Shown here piece by piece: positions 24,120 through 35,957 of a DNA stretch of 64,000 nucleotides. Position numbers and translations under genes: made by a program. Each line of letters begins with the position of its first letter. Positions within the stretch are counted from its first letter, which is position 1. The stretch lies in contig JASTWF010000330.1 of NCBI GenBank assembly GCA_030390025.1, positions 62,001 to 126,000 of the forward strand, read 5' to 3'. The DNA comes from Squalus acanthias. Its lineage: Eukaryota. Under the pieces are notes generated by a model. The model had not been told where the DNA came from and searched no databases. It was given only the letters and a program-made list of their open reading frames with translations.

Positions 24120-25612
24120 GAGGGGCTGAATGGCCTCCTCCTGTTCCGATGTAAGAGGGTCGATGGGCTGAATGGCCTCATCCTGTTCCTATGTAAGACG
24201 GTCGATGGACTGAATGGCCTCCTGCTGTTCCTATGTAAGAGGGTCGATGGGCTGAATGGCCTCCTCCTGTTCCGATGTAAGAGGGTCGATGGGCTGAATG
24301 GCCTCATCCTGTTCCTATGTAAGAGGGTCGATGGGCTGAATGGCCTCCTCCTGTTCCTATGTAAGACGGTCGATGGACTGAATGGCCTCCTCCTGTTCCT
24401 ATGTAAGAGGGTCGATGGGCTGAATGGCCTCCTCCTGTTCCTATGTAAGAGGGTCGATGGGCTGAATGGCCTCCTCCTGTTCCTATGTAAGAGGGTCGAT
24501 GGGCTGAATGACCTCCTCCTGTTCCTATGTAAGAGGGTCGATGGGGCTTAATGGGCCTCCTCCTGTTCCGATGTAAGAGGGTCGATGGGCTGAATGACCT
24601 CCTCCTGTTCTTGGGTAAGAGGGTCGATGGGCTGAATGGCCTCCTCCTGTTCCTATGTAAGAGGGTCGATGGGGCTGAATGGGCCTCCTCCTGTTCCTAT
24701 GTAAGAGGGTCGATGGGCTGAATGGCCTCCTCCTGTTCCGATGTAAGAGGGTCGATGGGCTGAATGGGCCTCCTCCTGTTCCTATGTAAGAGGGTCGATG
24801 GGCTGAATGGCCTCCTCCTGTTCCGATGTAAGAGGGTCGATGGGCTGAATGGGCCTCCTCCTGTTCTTATGTAAGAGGGTCGATGGGCTGAATGGCCTCC
24901 TCCTGTTCCTATGTAAGAGGGTCGATGGGCTGAATGGCCTCCTCCTGTTCCTATGTAAGAGGGTCGATGGGCTGAATGGCCTCCTCCTGTTCCTATGTAA
25001 GAGGGTCGATGGGGCTTAATGGGCCTCCTCCTGTTCCGATGTAAGAGGGTCGATGGGCTGAATGGCCTCCTCCTGTTCCTATGTAAGAGGGTCGATGGGC
25101 TGAATGACCTCCTCCTGTTCCGATGTAAGAGGGTCGATGGGCTGAATGGGCTCCTCCTGTTCCTGTGTAACAGGGTCGAGGGGCTGATCGGCATCCTCCT
25201 GTTCCTGTGTAACAGGCTCGATGCGCTGAATGGCCTTCTCCTTTCCTAGTGTAATAGGCTCGAAGGGCTGAATGGCCTCCTCCTGTTGTTTAACAGGCTT
25301 AAGGGCTGATTTGCCTCCTTCAGTTCCTGTGTAATAGGTTCGAGGGGGTGAATAGCCTCCTCCTGTCCCTCTGTACCAAGCTTAAAAGGCTAATTGGCCT
25401 CCTCATGTTCCTGTGCAACAAGCTCGAGAGGCTGAATGGCCTCCAACTATTCCTGGGAAATAGGCTCGAGAGGCTGAATGACCTCCTCCTGTTCCTGTGT
25501 AACAGGCTCAAGGGGCTGAATGGGCCTCCTCCTGTTCCTCTGTAATAGGCTCAAGGGGCTGAATGGCCTCCTCCTGTTCCTGTGTTACAGGCTCGAGGGG
25601 CTGAATTGCTTC
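24120..25612. repeat. 42-bp minisatellite GGGCTGAATGGCCTCCTCCTGTTCCTATGTAAGAGGGTCGAT derived from the CR1 3' UTR
   Basis: 42-bp period; unit aligns by eye to the CR1 tail at 44640-44685 (ggctcgaggggccgaatggcctactcctgctcctat). Confidence 0.92.
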
Positions 25613-25627
25613 CTGAGGGTAGGATCA

Positions 25628-25839
25628 TCTCTCTTTGTCGCTTTGTCTCTATTTTTCTCTGTCTCTCTCTTTGTCTCTCTCTCTGTCCCTCTGGCGGTCT
25701 CTCTCTCTCACTCTCTCTCTCTCTCTCTCTCTCTGTGTCTCTCTCTGTCTCTCTCTCTGTGTGTGTGTGTGTGTCTCTCTCTCTCTGTCTCTCTGTCTCT
25801 CTCTCTCTGTCTCTCTCTCTCTCTGTCTCTCTCTCTGTC

Positions 25840-25870
<31 letters not shown>

Positions 25871-26240
25871 CTGTGTGTGTGTGTGTCTCTCTCTCTCTCT
25901 GTCTGTCTCTCTCTCTCTGTCTCTCTCTCTCTGTCTCTCTCTCTCTGTCTCTCTGTCTCTCTCTGTGTGTGTCTCTCTCTGTCTCTGTCTGTCTGTCTCT
26001 TTCTCGCTGTCTCTCACTCTGTGTGTGTGTCTCTCTCTTGTCTCTCTCTCTTGTCTCTCTCTCTCTGTCTATCGCTCTCTCTGTCTCTCTCTCTCTCTCT
26101 GTCTGTCTCTCACTCTGTGTGTCTCTCTCTTGTCTCTCTCGCTTGTCTCTCTCTCTCTCTGTCTGTCTCTCTGTCTCTCTCTGTCTCTCTCTCTCTCTGT
26201 CTGTCTCTCTCCCTCTCTGTGTGTGTCTCTCTCTCCCCCC

Positions 26241-26271
<31 letters not shown>

Positions 26272-26563
26272 TCTCTCTGTTTGTCTCTCTCTCTCTCACT
26301 CTGTGTGTGTGTCTCTCTCTCCCTCTCTGTCTCTCTCTCTCTCTCTCCCTCCCTCTCCGTGTCTCTCTCTCTCTCTCTCCCTCTCTCTCTGTCTCTCTCT
26401 CTCTCTCACTCTGTGTGTGTGTCTCTCTCTCCCTCTCTCTGTCTCTCTCTCTCTCCCTCCCTCTCCGTGTCTCTCTCTCTCTCTCCCTCTCTGTCTCTCT
26501 CTCTCTCTCACTCTGTGTCTGTGTCTCTCTCTCTCCCACTCTCTGTCTCTCTCTCTCCCTCCC

Positions 26564-26599
<36 letters not shown>

Positions 26600-26768
26600 T
26601 CTGTGTGTGAGTCTCTCTCGCTCCCTCTCTGTCTCTCTCTCTCTCCGTCTCTGTCTGTCTGTATCTCTCTTTCTCGCTGTCTCTCTCTCTCTCACTCTGT
26701 GTGTGTGTCTCTCTCTCTCTGTGTCTCTCTCTTGTCTCTCTGTCGCTCTCTCTCACTGTCTCTCTCTT
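25628..26768. repeat. Compound (CT)n/(GT)n microsatellite
   Basis: Directly visible. Confidence 0.96.
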
Positions 26769-26819
26769 CACTCGCCACCCTTGCTGCAACACTCATCCTT
26801 TGTCCTGTCTGTGATGCAG

Positions 26820-26915
26820 GTGAAGCTGATGTTGAAGGATCAATGTCCGGACATGGATTTCGATTTGAAACCGGATGACGTTGAGTGCTCGGTTGTGGAT
26901 CGTCCGAAAGAATGA
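26820..26915 (+). CDS. Terminal coding exon (VKLMLKDQCPDMDFDLKPDDVECSVVDRPKE*)
   Basis: cctttgtcctgtctgtgatgcag acceptor, phase 0, TGA at 26913-26915, followed by ~1 kb of unique sequence. Confidence 0.72.
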   Translation: MKLMLKDQCPDMDFDLKPDDVECSVVDRPKE

Positions 26916-27943
26916 AGGCGACCGACCGTGTCAGCCAGTGCCCGGAGACTGAAATCCCGTCTCCGTGCGTTTTACTGCCTTGCTCCATTACTGCTCTGCC
27001 TTATTTTCGTTTTGTTTAACCCAAGGAAACTAGCAGCAAAGGGTTAATCTCCAACTAGGCGTGTGCTATTATATCGCTATTGATTCCTCTTCCAACTGGG
27101 TGTGGGAGCTTTAAGCCTTTGCTGGCTGTGTTAAATACCATCCCATTTTAAGTAGTGACGACTAGACAGCTAAACCGAGACTGACCCGAGAGCTTTGGCC
27201 CGTTTCAGGATGAAGTAACCTCCTGCTCAATGTGCGAATTTAGTTACAGGCCTATCATGATTTATAGGTTCTTCAGCTTCAGGGAGCTGTCAGCACCGAT
27301 AATGGGTGCAAGAACAAAAAATTAGTCCTTGCCATAGGGTAACCTCTGGGTAGATATCATCCTTTTAACTGGGGTTTCTGTAGAATGGGGGAAATTAATT
27401 GCTGCTGGAATTTACAGAATCAAACATAGACTTTATTTGGTGGAATGTGTGATAAGAGTGAAACGTGTGATAAGATGACAAAGTAAGGGAGTTATACTGA
27501 GCTCAGGAGCCCAAGGGGAAAGAGGAAGGAAAGCAGCTTTATTAACTGAAGTTACTGATAAGGGCCGGGTCCGATGAGATTCTCCCGATATGGAGTTGTA
27601 TTCCTGAGGAAGTGGAAAGCCAGATGTTTGCAGCTTCACTCACGCCAATCAATAGAAGTGTTGTAAATTACCCACTAGTCACCACTCTGCAGTGTAAAGA
27701 TTGAAACGGCACACGACAGCCACACGGGATCAGGGCTGTGTAGATCCCATTGATGGACATTTGGGCTAGGAATCCTGTTAGAAAGGTATGAATAGAATGG
27801 CAGACTGGAATGGGGATTTGGACTGCATGTTTTGATAGGCCTGAATACTGAGCTGAGGACTTAATGCGTTTGAGTCTCTGATCATGTTTTTAAATCCGAT
27901 TTTTAAGTGTATGTTTCAGCGCTATTGCATAATCTGCATGCTC

Positions 27944-27949
27944 AATAAA
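27944..27949 (+). promoter_or_regulatory. Candidate polyadenylation signal AATAAA of the D8C gene
   Basis: First AATAAA I found after the stop codon, at the end of the unique stretch and just before the next satellite. Confidence 0.5.
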
Positions 27950-28040
27950 TATATCAACGGTTAAACTGAACATTTCAAGAAACTTATTGATCTTGGAGGA
28001 ATGGCTCGATCATCTGATCATGGAAAACCTGCCTCTGCTA

Positions 28041-31000
28041 GTGAGGGGTGTGGGGTATATCAGTGTTACAGTGAGGGGTGTGGGGTATTTCAGTGTTACA
28101 GTGAGGGGTGTGGGGTATATCAGTGTTACAGTGAGGGGTGTGGGGTATATCAGTGTTACAGTGAGGGGTGTGGGGTATATCAGTGTTACAGTGAGGGGTG
28201 TGGGGTATATCAGTGTTACAGTGAGGTGTGGGGTATATTAGTGTTACAGTGAGGGGTGTGGGGTATTTCAGTTTTACAGTGAGGGGTGTGGGGTATTTCA
28301 GTTTTACAGTGAGGGGTGTGGGGTATATCAGTGTTACAGTGAGGGGTGTGGGGTATATCAGTGTTACAGTGAGGGGTGTGGGGTATATCAGTGTTACAGT
28401 GAGGGGTGTGGGGTATATCAGTGTTACAGTGAGGGGTGTGGGGTATATCAGTGTTACAGTGAGGGGTGTGGGGTATATCAGTGTTACAGTGAGGGGTGTG
28501 GGGTATATCAGTGTTACAGTGAGGGGTGTAGGGTATATCAGTGTTACAGTGAGAGGTGTGGGGTATATCAGTGTGTTACAGTGAGGTGTGTGGGGATATC
28601 AGTGTTACAGTGAGGGGTGTGGGGTATATCAGTTTTACAGTGAGGGGTGTGGGGTATATCAGTGTTACAGTGAGGGGTGTGGGGTATATCAGTGTTACAG
28701 TGAGGGGTGTGGGGTATATCAGTGTTACAGTGAGGGGTGTGGGGTATATCAGTGTTACAGTGAGGGGTGTGGGATATATCAGTGTGTTACAGTGAGGGGT
28801 GTGGGGTATATCAGTGTGTTACAGTGAGGGGTGTGGGGTATATCAGTGTTACAGTGAGGGGTGTGGGGTATATCAGTGTTACAGTGAGGGGTGTGGGGTA
28901 TATCAGTGTGTTACAGTGAGGGGTGTGGGGTATATCAGTGTTACAGTGAGGGGTGTGGGGTATTTCAGTGTTACAGTGAGGGGTGTGGGGTATATCAGTG
29001 TTACAGTGAGGGGTGTGGGGTATATCAGCGTGTAACAGTGAGGGGTGTGGGGTATTTCAGTGTTACAGTGAGGGGTGTGGGGTATATCAGCGTGTAACAG
29101 TGAGGGGTGTGGGGTATATCAGCGTGTAACAGTGAGGGGTGTGGGGTATATCAGTGTTACAGTGAGGGGTGTGGGGTATATCAGCGTGTAACAGTGAGGG
29201 GTGTGGGGTATTTCAGTGTTACAGTGAGGGGAGTGGGGTATTTCAGTGTTACAGTGAGGTGTGTGGGGTATTTCAGTGTTACAGTGAGGGGTGTGGGGTA
29301 TATCAGTGTTACAGTGAGGGGTGTGGGGTATTTCAGTGTTACAGTGAGGGGTGTGGGGTATATCAGTGTTACAGTGAGGGGTGTGGGGTATATCAGCGTG
29401 TAACAGTGAGGGGTGTGGGGTATATCAGCGTGTAACAGTGAGGGGTGTGGGGTATATCAGTGTTACAGTGAGGGGTGTGGGGATATCAGTGTTACAGTGA
29501 GGTGTGTGGGGTATTTCAGTGTTACAGTGAGGTGTGTGGGGTATATCAGTGTTACAGTGAGGGGTGTGGGGTATATCAGTGTTACAGTGAGGGGTGTGGG
29601 GTATTTCAGTGTTACAGTGAGGGGTGTGGGGTATATCAGTGTTACAGTGAGGTGTGTGGGGTATATCAGTGTTACAGTGAGGGGTGTGGGGTATATCAGT
29701 GTTACAGTGAGGGGTGTGGGGTATTTCAGTGTTACAGTGAGGGGTGTGGGGTATATCAGTGTTACAGTGAGGGAAGTGGGGTATATCAGGGTGTAACAGT
29801 GAGGGGTGTGAGGTATATCAGTGATACTGTGAGGGGTATGGGGTATATCAGTGTTACAGTGAGGGGTGTGAGGTATATCAGTGTTACAGTGAGGGGTGTG
29901 GGGTATATCAGAGTGTTACAGTGAGGGGTGTGGGGTATATCAGTGTTACAGTGAGGGGTGAGCGGTATATCAGTGTGTTACAGTGAGGGGTGTGGGGTAT
30001 ATCAGTGTTACAGTGAGGGGAGTGGGGTATTTCAGTGTTACAGTGAGGGGTGTGGGGTATTTCAGTGTTACAGTGAGGGGTGTGGGGTATATCAGTGTTA
30101 CAGTGAGGGGTGTGGGGTATATCAGTGTTACAGTGAGGGGTGTGGGGTATATCAGTGTTACAGTGAGGGGTGTGAGGTATATCAGTGTTACAGTGAGGGG
30201 TGTGGGGTATATCAGAGTGTTACAGTGAGGGGTGTGGGGTATATCAGTGTTACAGTGAGGGGTGAGCGGTATATCAGTGTGTTACAGTGAGGGGTGTGGG
30301 GTATATCAGTGTTACAGTGAGGGGTGTGGGGTATTTCAGTTTTACAGTGAGGGGTGTGAGGTATATCAGTGTTACAGTGAGGGGTGTGGGGTATATCAGT
30401 GTTACAGTGAGGGGTGTGGGGTATATTAGTGTTACAGTGAGGGGTGTGGGGTATATCGGTGTTACAGTGAGGGGTGTGGGGTATATCAGTGTTACAGTGA
30501 GGGGTGTGAGGTATATCAGTGTTACAGTGAGGGGTGTGGGGTATATCAGAGTGTTACAGTGAGGGGTGTGGGGTATATCAGTGTTACAGTGAGGGGTGAG
30601 CGGTATATCAGTGTTACACTGAGGGGTGTGGGGTATATCAGCGTGTAACAGTGAGGGGTGTGGGGTATATCAGCGTGTAACAGTGAGGGGTGTGGGGTAT
30701 AGCTTTGTTACAGTGAGGGGTGTGGGGTATATCAGTGTTACAGTGAGGGGTGTGGGGTATATCAGTGTTACAGTGAGGGGTGTGGGGTATATCAGTGTTA
30801 CAGTGAGGGGTGTGGGGTATAGCAGTGTTACAGTGAGGGGTGTGGGGTATATCAGTGTTACAGTGAGGGGTGTGGGGTATATCAGTGTTACAGTGAGGGG
30901 TGTGGGGTATATCAGTGTTACAGTGAGGGGTGTGGGGTATAGCAGTGTTACAGTGAGGGGTGTGGGGTATATCAGTGTTACAGTGAGGGGTGTGGGGTAT

Positions 31001-31050
31001 AGCAGTGTTACAGTGAGGGGTGTCTGGTGTATCAGAGTGTTACAGTGAGG
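28041..31050. repeat. 30-bp minisatellite GTGAGGGGTGTGGGGTATATCAGTGTTACA (~100 copies, with 32-bp variants)
   Basis: 30-bp period; source of the VRGVGYISVT pseudo-ORFs. Confidence 0.97.
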
Positions 31051-31224
31051 TTTGTGGCCTATCAGGAACGCTCGCTGTTAAATGATTGGTGAGGGCTAGG
31101 ATCAGATGGGACGTCACTACAACCGGTGGGCCTATCCCGCATTCGCAGCACCGAGTGCTGCTCCATTGTATTCTGGTCACTGCGGACACCTTGGCTAATA
31201 CACCTCACTCAAGAGGTTACACAG

Positions 31225-31845
31225 GAAAAAGATTCGGCGATTCAGCCCATTGAGCTTGTTCAGTTCGATCATGGCTCACCTGTTTCTGAACCCCATCTAC
31301 CCGCCTTCATTCCATGTCCATTAATACCCTTACCTAGCAAAAGTCTATCAACCTCAGTTTGGAAATTTTCCAATTGACCCCCGGCATCAATAGCTTTTTG
31401 CGGGGAGAGAGTTCCAGATTTCCACTACCCTTTGTGTGAAAAAGTGAACTCCTGAACGGCCTGGCTCTAATTTTAAGGTGATGCCCCCTTGTTCTGGACT
31501 CACCCCCACCAGAGGAAATCGTTTCAGTCGATCTACCCTATCAAATCCTTTAATCATCTTAAACACCTCGATAAGACCACCCCTCCCCCCCTTAATATTC
31601 TATACTCAAGGGAATACAAGCCTAGTCTATGCAACCTGACCTCATAATTTAAACCTTTCACGGTCGGTATCGTTCTGGTGCATCTGTGCTGTACCCTTCC
31701 CCACCCAACAACAATATATCCTTCCTGAGGTGCGGTGTCCAGGCCTAATACAGATGGGGTCTAACCAGAGCTTCACACAACTGTAGCATAACCTCCACCC
31801 GCCTGTACTCCCGCCCCTCTTGAGATAAAGGACAACATTCCATTT
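31225..31845 (-). mobile_element. Old CR1 LINE 3' fragment
   Basis: Reverse complement contains gagtccagaacaagggggcatcaccttaaaattagagccaggccgttcagg and ttagaccccatctgtatt, i.e. CR1 ORF2 C-terminus and 3' UTR motifs. Confidence 0.8.
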
Positions 31846-31849
31846 CAGT

Positions 31850-32635
31850 GAGCGGGAGGCCAATCTATGAAACAGGTTCCCCAGGGAGATGCCTGCTCTG
31901 CACATTAGAGAGATTTCTCTCAGGCATGGCCTCCATGGGGTCTCCCAGAGTGCAGCGGGATGGTGAGCCCGCGGGGGCTTTTCCCGGCCGCGCGGCATTG
32001 TGGGAGGGCGGGGCCGCCATTGCCCGCTCCCCTTGGACCGGGCTGGAGAAGGACAGTCGGCGTCAAGGAGTCTCGGGCCACCGGTTGGAGGGAGATTCAG
32101 GGGATGGAGCCCGGACAGGAGCAATTCCCTTCTCCCGCTTCACCCGGGGGGAATGGGAATGGGGGGAATGGGGGTGAATGGGGGGATGGGAATGGGGGGA
32201 ATGGGTGGGGGGAATGCGGTGGGTAATGGGAGAATGGGGATTTGGGGAGGGGGGATGAGGAGGGGATGGGGAGGGGGATGGGGAGGGGGAGGGGAGAGGG
32301 GGGGGGAGAGCGGGGAGGGGGAATGGGGGTAGAATGGGTGGATGGGAATGGGGGGGATGGGGAGGAAGGGATGGGGAGGGGGGAGGGGGAGAGGGGGAAT
32401 GGGGTAGAATGGGGGGGTGGGAATGGGGGGATGGGAATGTGGGGGATGGCGGGGGTGGGGTGGCCGACTTCTTCCTGTCGGGGACCCTCGGTGCCAGGAC
32501 TTGACCTGTTCCAGGTATCTGGCACACAGGAAACCGCAGGACCTGGAAAGATCCGACGGCAAAGCGCGGTCGCTGCCGGTTCTCCGTTGGACGGGCGGCG
32601 GGGCGGGTGGGGGGGCGGGGGCGGGGGGCGTTAGT
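31850..32635. other. GC/CpG-rich island containing a ~320-bp G-rich purine tract (32145-32462)
   Basis: Many CpGs and runs of GGGG(A/T); identity not established. Confidence 0.6.
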
Positions 32636-32706
32636 GTAAAGCAGCTTCTCTGATCCAGTTAGATAACGAAGTAGTGCAGCAAGCTCACTAGATTTTAAAC
32701 TCTTTG

Positions 32707-33522
32707 CTTTATTCTGTATCTAACCCGTGCTGTACCTGCCCTGGGAGTGTTTGATGGGACAGTGTAGAGGGAGTTTTACTCTGTATCTAACCCGTGCTGC
32801 ACCTGCCCTGGGAGTGTTTGATGGGACAGTGTACAGGGTGCTTTACTCTGTATCTAACCCGTGTTGTACCTGCCCTGGGAGTGTTTTATGGGACAGTGTA
32901 GAGGGAGCTTTACTCTGTATCGAACCCATGCTGTACCTGCCCTGGGAGTGTTTGCTGGGGCAGTGCAGAGGGAGCTTTACTCTGTATCTAACCCGTGCTG
33001 TACCTGCCCTGGGAGTGTTTGATGGGACAGTGTAGAGGGAGTTTTACTCTGTATCTAACCCGTGCTGTACCTGCCCTGGGGGTGTTTGATGGGACAGTGT
33101 AGAGGGAGCTTTATTCTGTACCTAACCCGTGCTGTACCTGCCCTGGGAGTGTTTGATGGGACAGTGTAGAGGGAGCTTTACTCTGTATCTAACCCGTGCT
33201 GTTCCTGCCCCGGGAGTGTTCATTGCACAGTGTAGAGGGAGCTTTACTCTGTATCTAACCCGTGCTGTACCTGCCCTGGGAGTGTTTGATGGGACAGTGT
33301 AGAGGGAGCTTTATTCTGTACCTAACCCGTGCTGTACCTGCCCTGGGAGTGTTTGATGGGACAGTGTAGAGGGAGCTTTACTCTGTATCTAACCCATGCT
33401 GTATCTGCCCCGGGAGTGTTTGATGGGACAGTCTAGAGGGAGCTTTATTCTGTATCTTACCTCGTGCTGTACCTGCCCCGGAAGTTTTTGATGGGACAGT
33501 GTAGAGGAAGCTTTACTCTGTA
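32707..33522. repeat. 67-bp minisatellite CTTTACTCTGTATCTAACCCGTGCTGTACCTGCCCTGGGAGTGTTTGATGGGACAGTGTAGAGGGAG (~12 copies)
   Basis: 67-bp period; a partial inverted single unit also occurs at ~39462-39506. Confidence 0.95.
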
Positions 33523-33539
33523 ATGCCCCAAATGCCCTC

Positions 33540-35552
33540 ATCTTGTCCATGAGACACACTTACTGCTCTCGGCTGACCACACAACTTCTTTGCCTGGCTC
33601 CCATGTTAGCTGATATTGTGAACAGTTCTCTCTCCTGTACAGTCCCCCTCTCCTTCAAATCTGCCTTCATCACCCCCTCAAAGAAACAACCCTTTACCCA
33701 TCTGTCCTTGCGAACTACCGTCCCATCTCCAACCTCCCTTTCCTCTCCAAATTCTTTGAACGTATTGTCGCCTCCCAAATCCGTGCCATCTTCCCCGGAA
33801 CTCCATGTTTGAATCTCTCCAATCAGGTTTCCATCCCTGCCACAGTACAGAAACGGCTCTTAAAGTCACAAATGACATCCTATGTGACTGTGACAAAGGT
33901 AACCTCTCCTTCCTCATCCTTCTCGACCTGTCTGCAGCCTCTGATACTGTTGACCACACCATCCTTCTCCAACGCCTCTCCACTGTCGTCCAGCTGGGTG
34001 AGATTGACTCGCTGACCTACAATGGCTCCCGGTTAAGCAATGCCTCGATTTCAGAATTCTCCTCCATGTTTTCGAATCCTTCCATGGCCTCGCCCCTTCC
34101 TATCTCTGTAATCTCCTCCAGCCCCAAAAAGCCCTCCACCCCCAACCCCACCCCCCGAGATATCTGCGCTCCTCTAACTCTGCCCTCTTGAGCATCCCGG
34201 ATTATAATCGCTCAACATTTGGTGGCCGTGCCTTCCGTTGCATAGGCCCCAAGCTCTGGAATTCCTTCTAAACCTCTCCGTCTCTCTTTCCTCCTTGAAG
34301 ACGCTCCTTAAAATCTACCTCTTTGACCAAGCTTTTGGTCAGCTGCCCTCATATCTCATGTTGCTTGGTGTCAAATTTGTTTTGTCTTATAATACTCATG
34401 TGAAGCGCCATGGGACGTTTTACTACGTTAAAGGCACTATATAAATACTAGTTGTTGTTGACAGCACTCGCCTGATTCCAGTCTTATCTATCCAGTTGTA
34501 GCCAGGGCTTCTCATCTCGCTCCCGCACTGTTACTGCAGCTGTCCCCCAAGGATCTATCCTTGGCTCCCTTCTATTTCTCATCTACATGCTGCCCCTTGG
34601 CGACATCATTCAAAACTACAGCGTCAGTTTCCATATGTACGCTGATGACACCCAGCTCTACCCTACCGCCACACCTCTCGATCCCTCGATCCGACATCCG
34701 GTACAGGATGAGCAGAAATTTTCTGCAATTAAATATTGGGAACACCAAAGCCGTTATCTATATTCCCCGGCACAAACTCCGTTCCCTCGCCACCGACTCC
34801 GTCCTTCTCCCCGGCAACCGTCTGAGGTTGAACCAGACTGTTCGCAACCTTGGTGTCGTATTTGATCCCGAGATGAGTTTCCGACCACAAATCCGCACCA
34901 TCACTAAGACTGCCCATTTCCACCTCCCGAACATCGCCCGACTCCGCCCCTGCCTCAGCTCATCTACTGATGAAACCCTCATCCATGCCTTTGTTACCTC
35001 TAGACTTGACTATTCCAACGCACTCCTGGCTGGCCTCCCACATAAACTGAAGGTTATCCAAAACTCTGCTGGCCGTGTCCTATCACGCAGCAAGTTCCAT
35101 TCACTCATCACCCCTGTGTTCGCTGACCAACATTGGCTCCCGGTTAAGCAACACCTTCATTTTAAAATTCTCATCCTTGTTTTCAACTCCCTCCACAGCC
35201 TCGCCCCTCCCTATCTCCTCCAGCCGCACAACACTCCGAGATATCTGCACTCCTCTAATTCTGGCCGCTTGATCATCCCCGATTTTAATTGCTCAACTAT
35301 TGGTGGCCGTGCATTCAGCGGCCAAGGCCCTAGGCTCTGGAACGCTCTCCCTTAACCTCTCCGCACTCTACCTCTCTTTACTCCTTCAAGACACTTCTTA
35401 AAACCTACCTCTTTGACCAAGCTTTTAGTCATCTGCCCTAATATCTCCTTACGTGGCGAAGGTGTCAAATTTGTTTTATAACACTCATGTGAAGCACCTT
35501 GGGACGTTTTACAGCATTACAGGCGCTATATAAATACAAATAGTTGTTGTTG
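33540..35552 (+). mobile_element. L2-clade LINE (RT fragment plus 3' end with GTT tail), split by a nested L2 3' fragment
   Basis: [34 protein letters not shown] and LIHAFVTSRLDYSNALLAGLP; tail ggcgctatataaat...gttgttgttg. Confidence 0.92.
34001..34460 (+). mobile_element. Short 5'-truncated L2 3' end nested in the host L2
   Basis: Duplicates the 35120-35552 3' region and has its own (GTT)n tail; host RT sequence resumes directly after it. Confidence 0.8.
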
Positions 35553-35955
35553 TCATGTGTCCGTCCATTCCACCAGCCTGTCTCTGTCCTCTTGAAGTCT
35601 ATTACTATCTTCCTCACTGTTTTCTACACTTCCAAATTTCAAGTCAGCTGCAAATTTCAAAATTGTGCCCAAGTCCAAGTCATTAATGTATATCAAAAAC
35701 AGCAGTTGTCCTAGTACTGATCCCTGGGGAACACCACTGTCTACCTCCCTCCAGTCCGAAAAACAGCCACTCACCACAACACTCTGCTTTCTATCAGTTC
35801 GACAACTTTGTATCCATGCTGCTCCTGCCTCTTTTATCCCATGGGCTTCAGTTTTACTAACAAGCCGTGGTACTTCATCAAACGCCTTTTTAAAGTCCAT
35901 ATACACAGCATCAACTGAACAGCCCTCATCCACCCTCTCTGTTACCCCGTCAAAA
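35553..35955 (-). mobile_element. CR1 RT fragment
   Basis: YMDFKKAFD...[22 protein letters not shown]. Confidence 0.9.
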
Positions 35956-35957
35956 TG

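Noticed and set aside
25520..26819. Leu/Ser-rich and Arg/Glu-rich ORFs
   Set aside because: Microsatellite translations; only the last 31 codons of ORF 25635-26915 are treated as a real exon.
1766..26915. Assigning the symbol UMOD, GP2 or OIT3
   Set aside because: Only the D8C domain is shared; the architecture lacks EGF/ZP, so orthology is unsupported.
27987..31048. VRGVGYISVT / YQCYSEGCGV repeat ORFs resembling keratin-associated proteins
   Set aside because: Translations of the 30-bp minisatellite, broken by 32-bp variant units.
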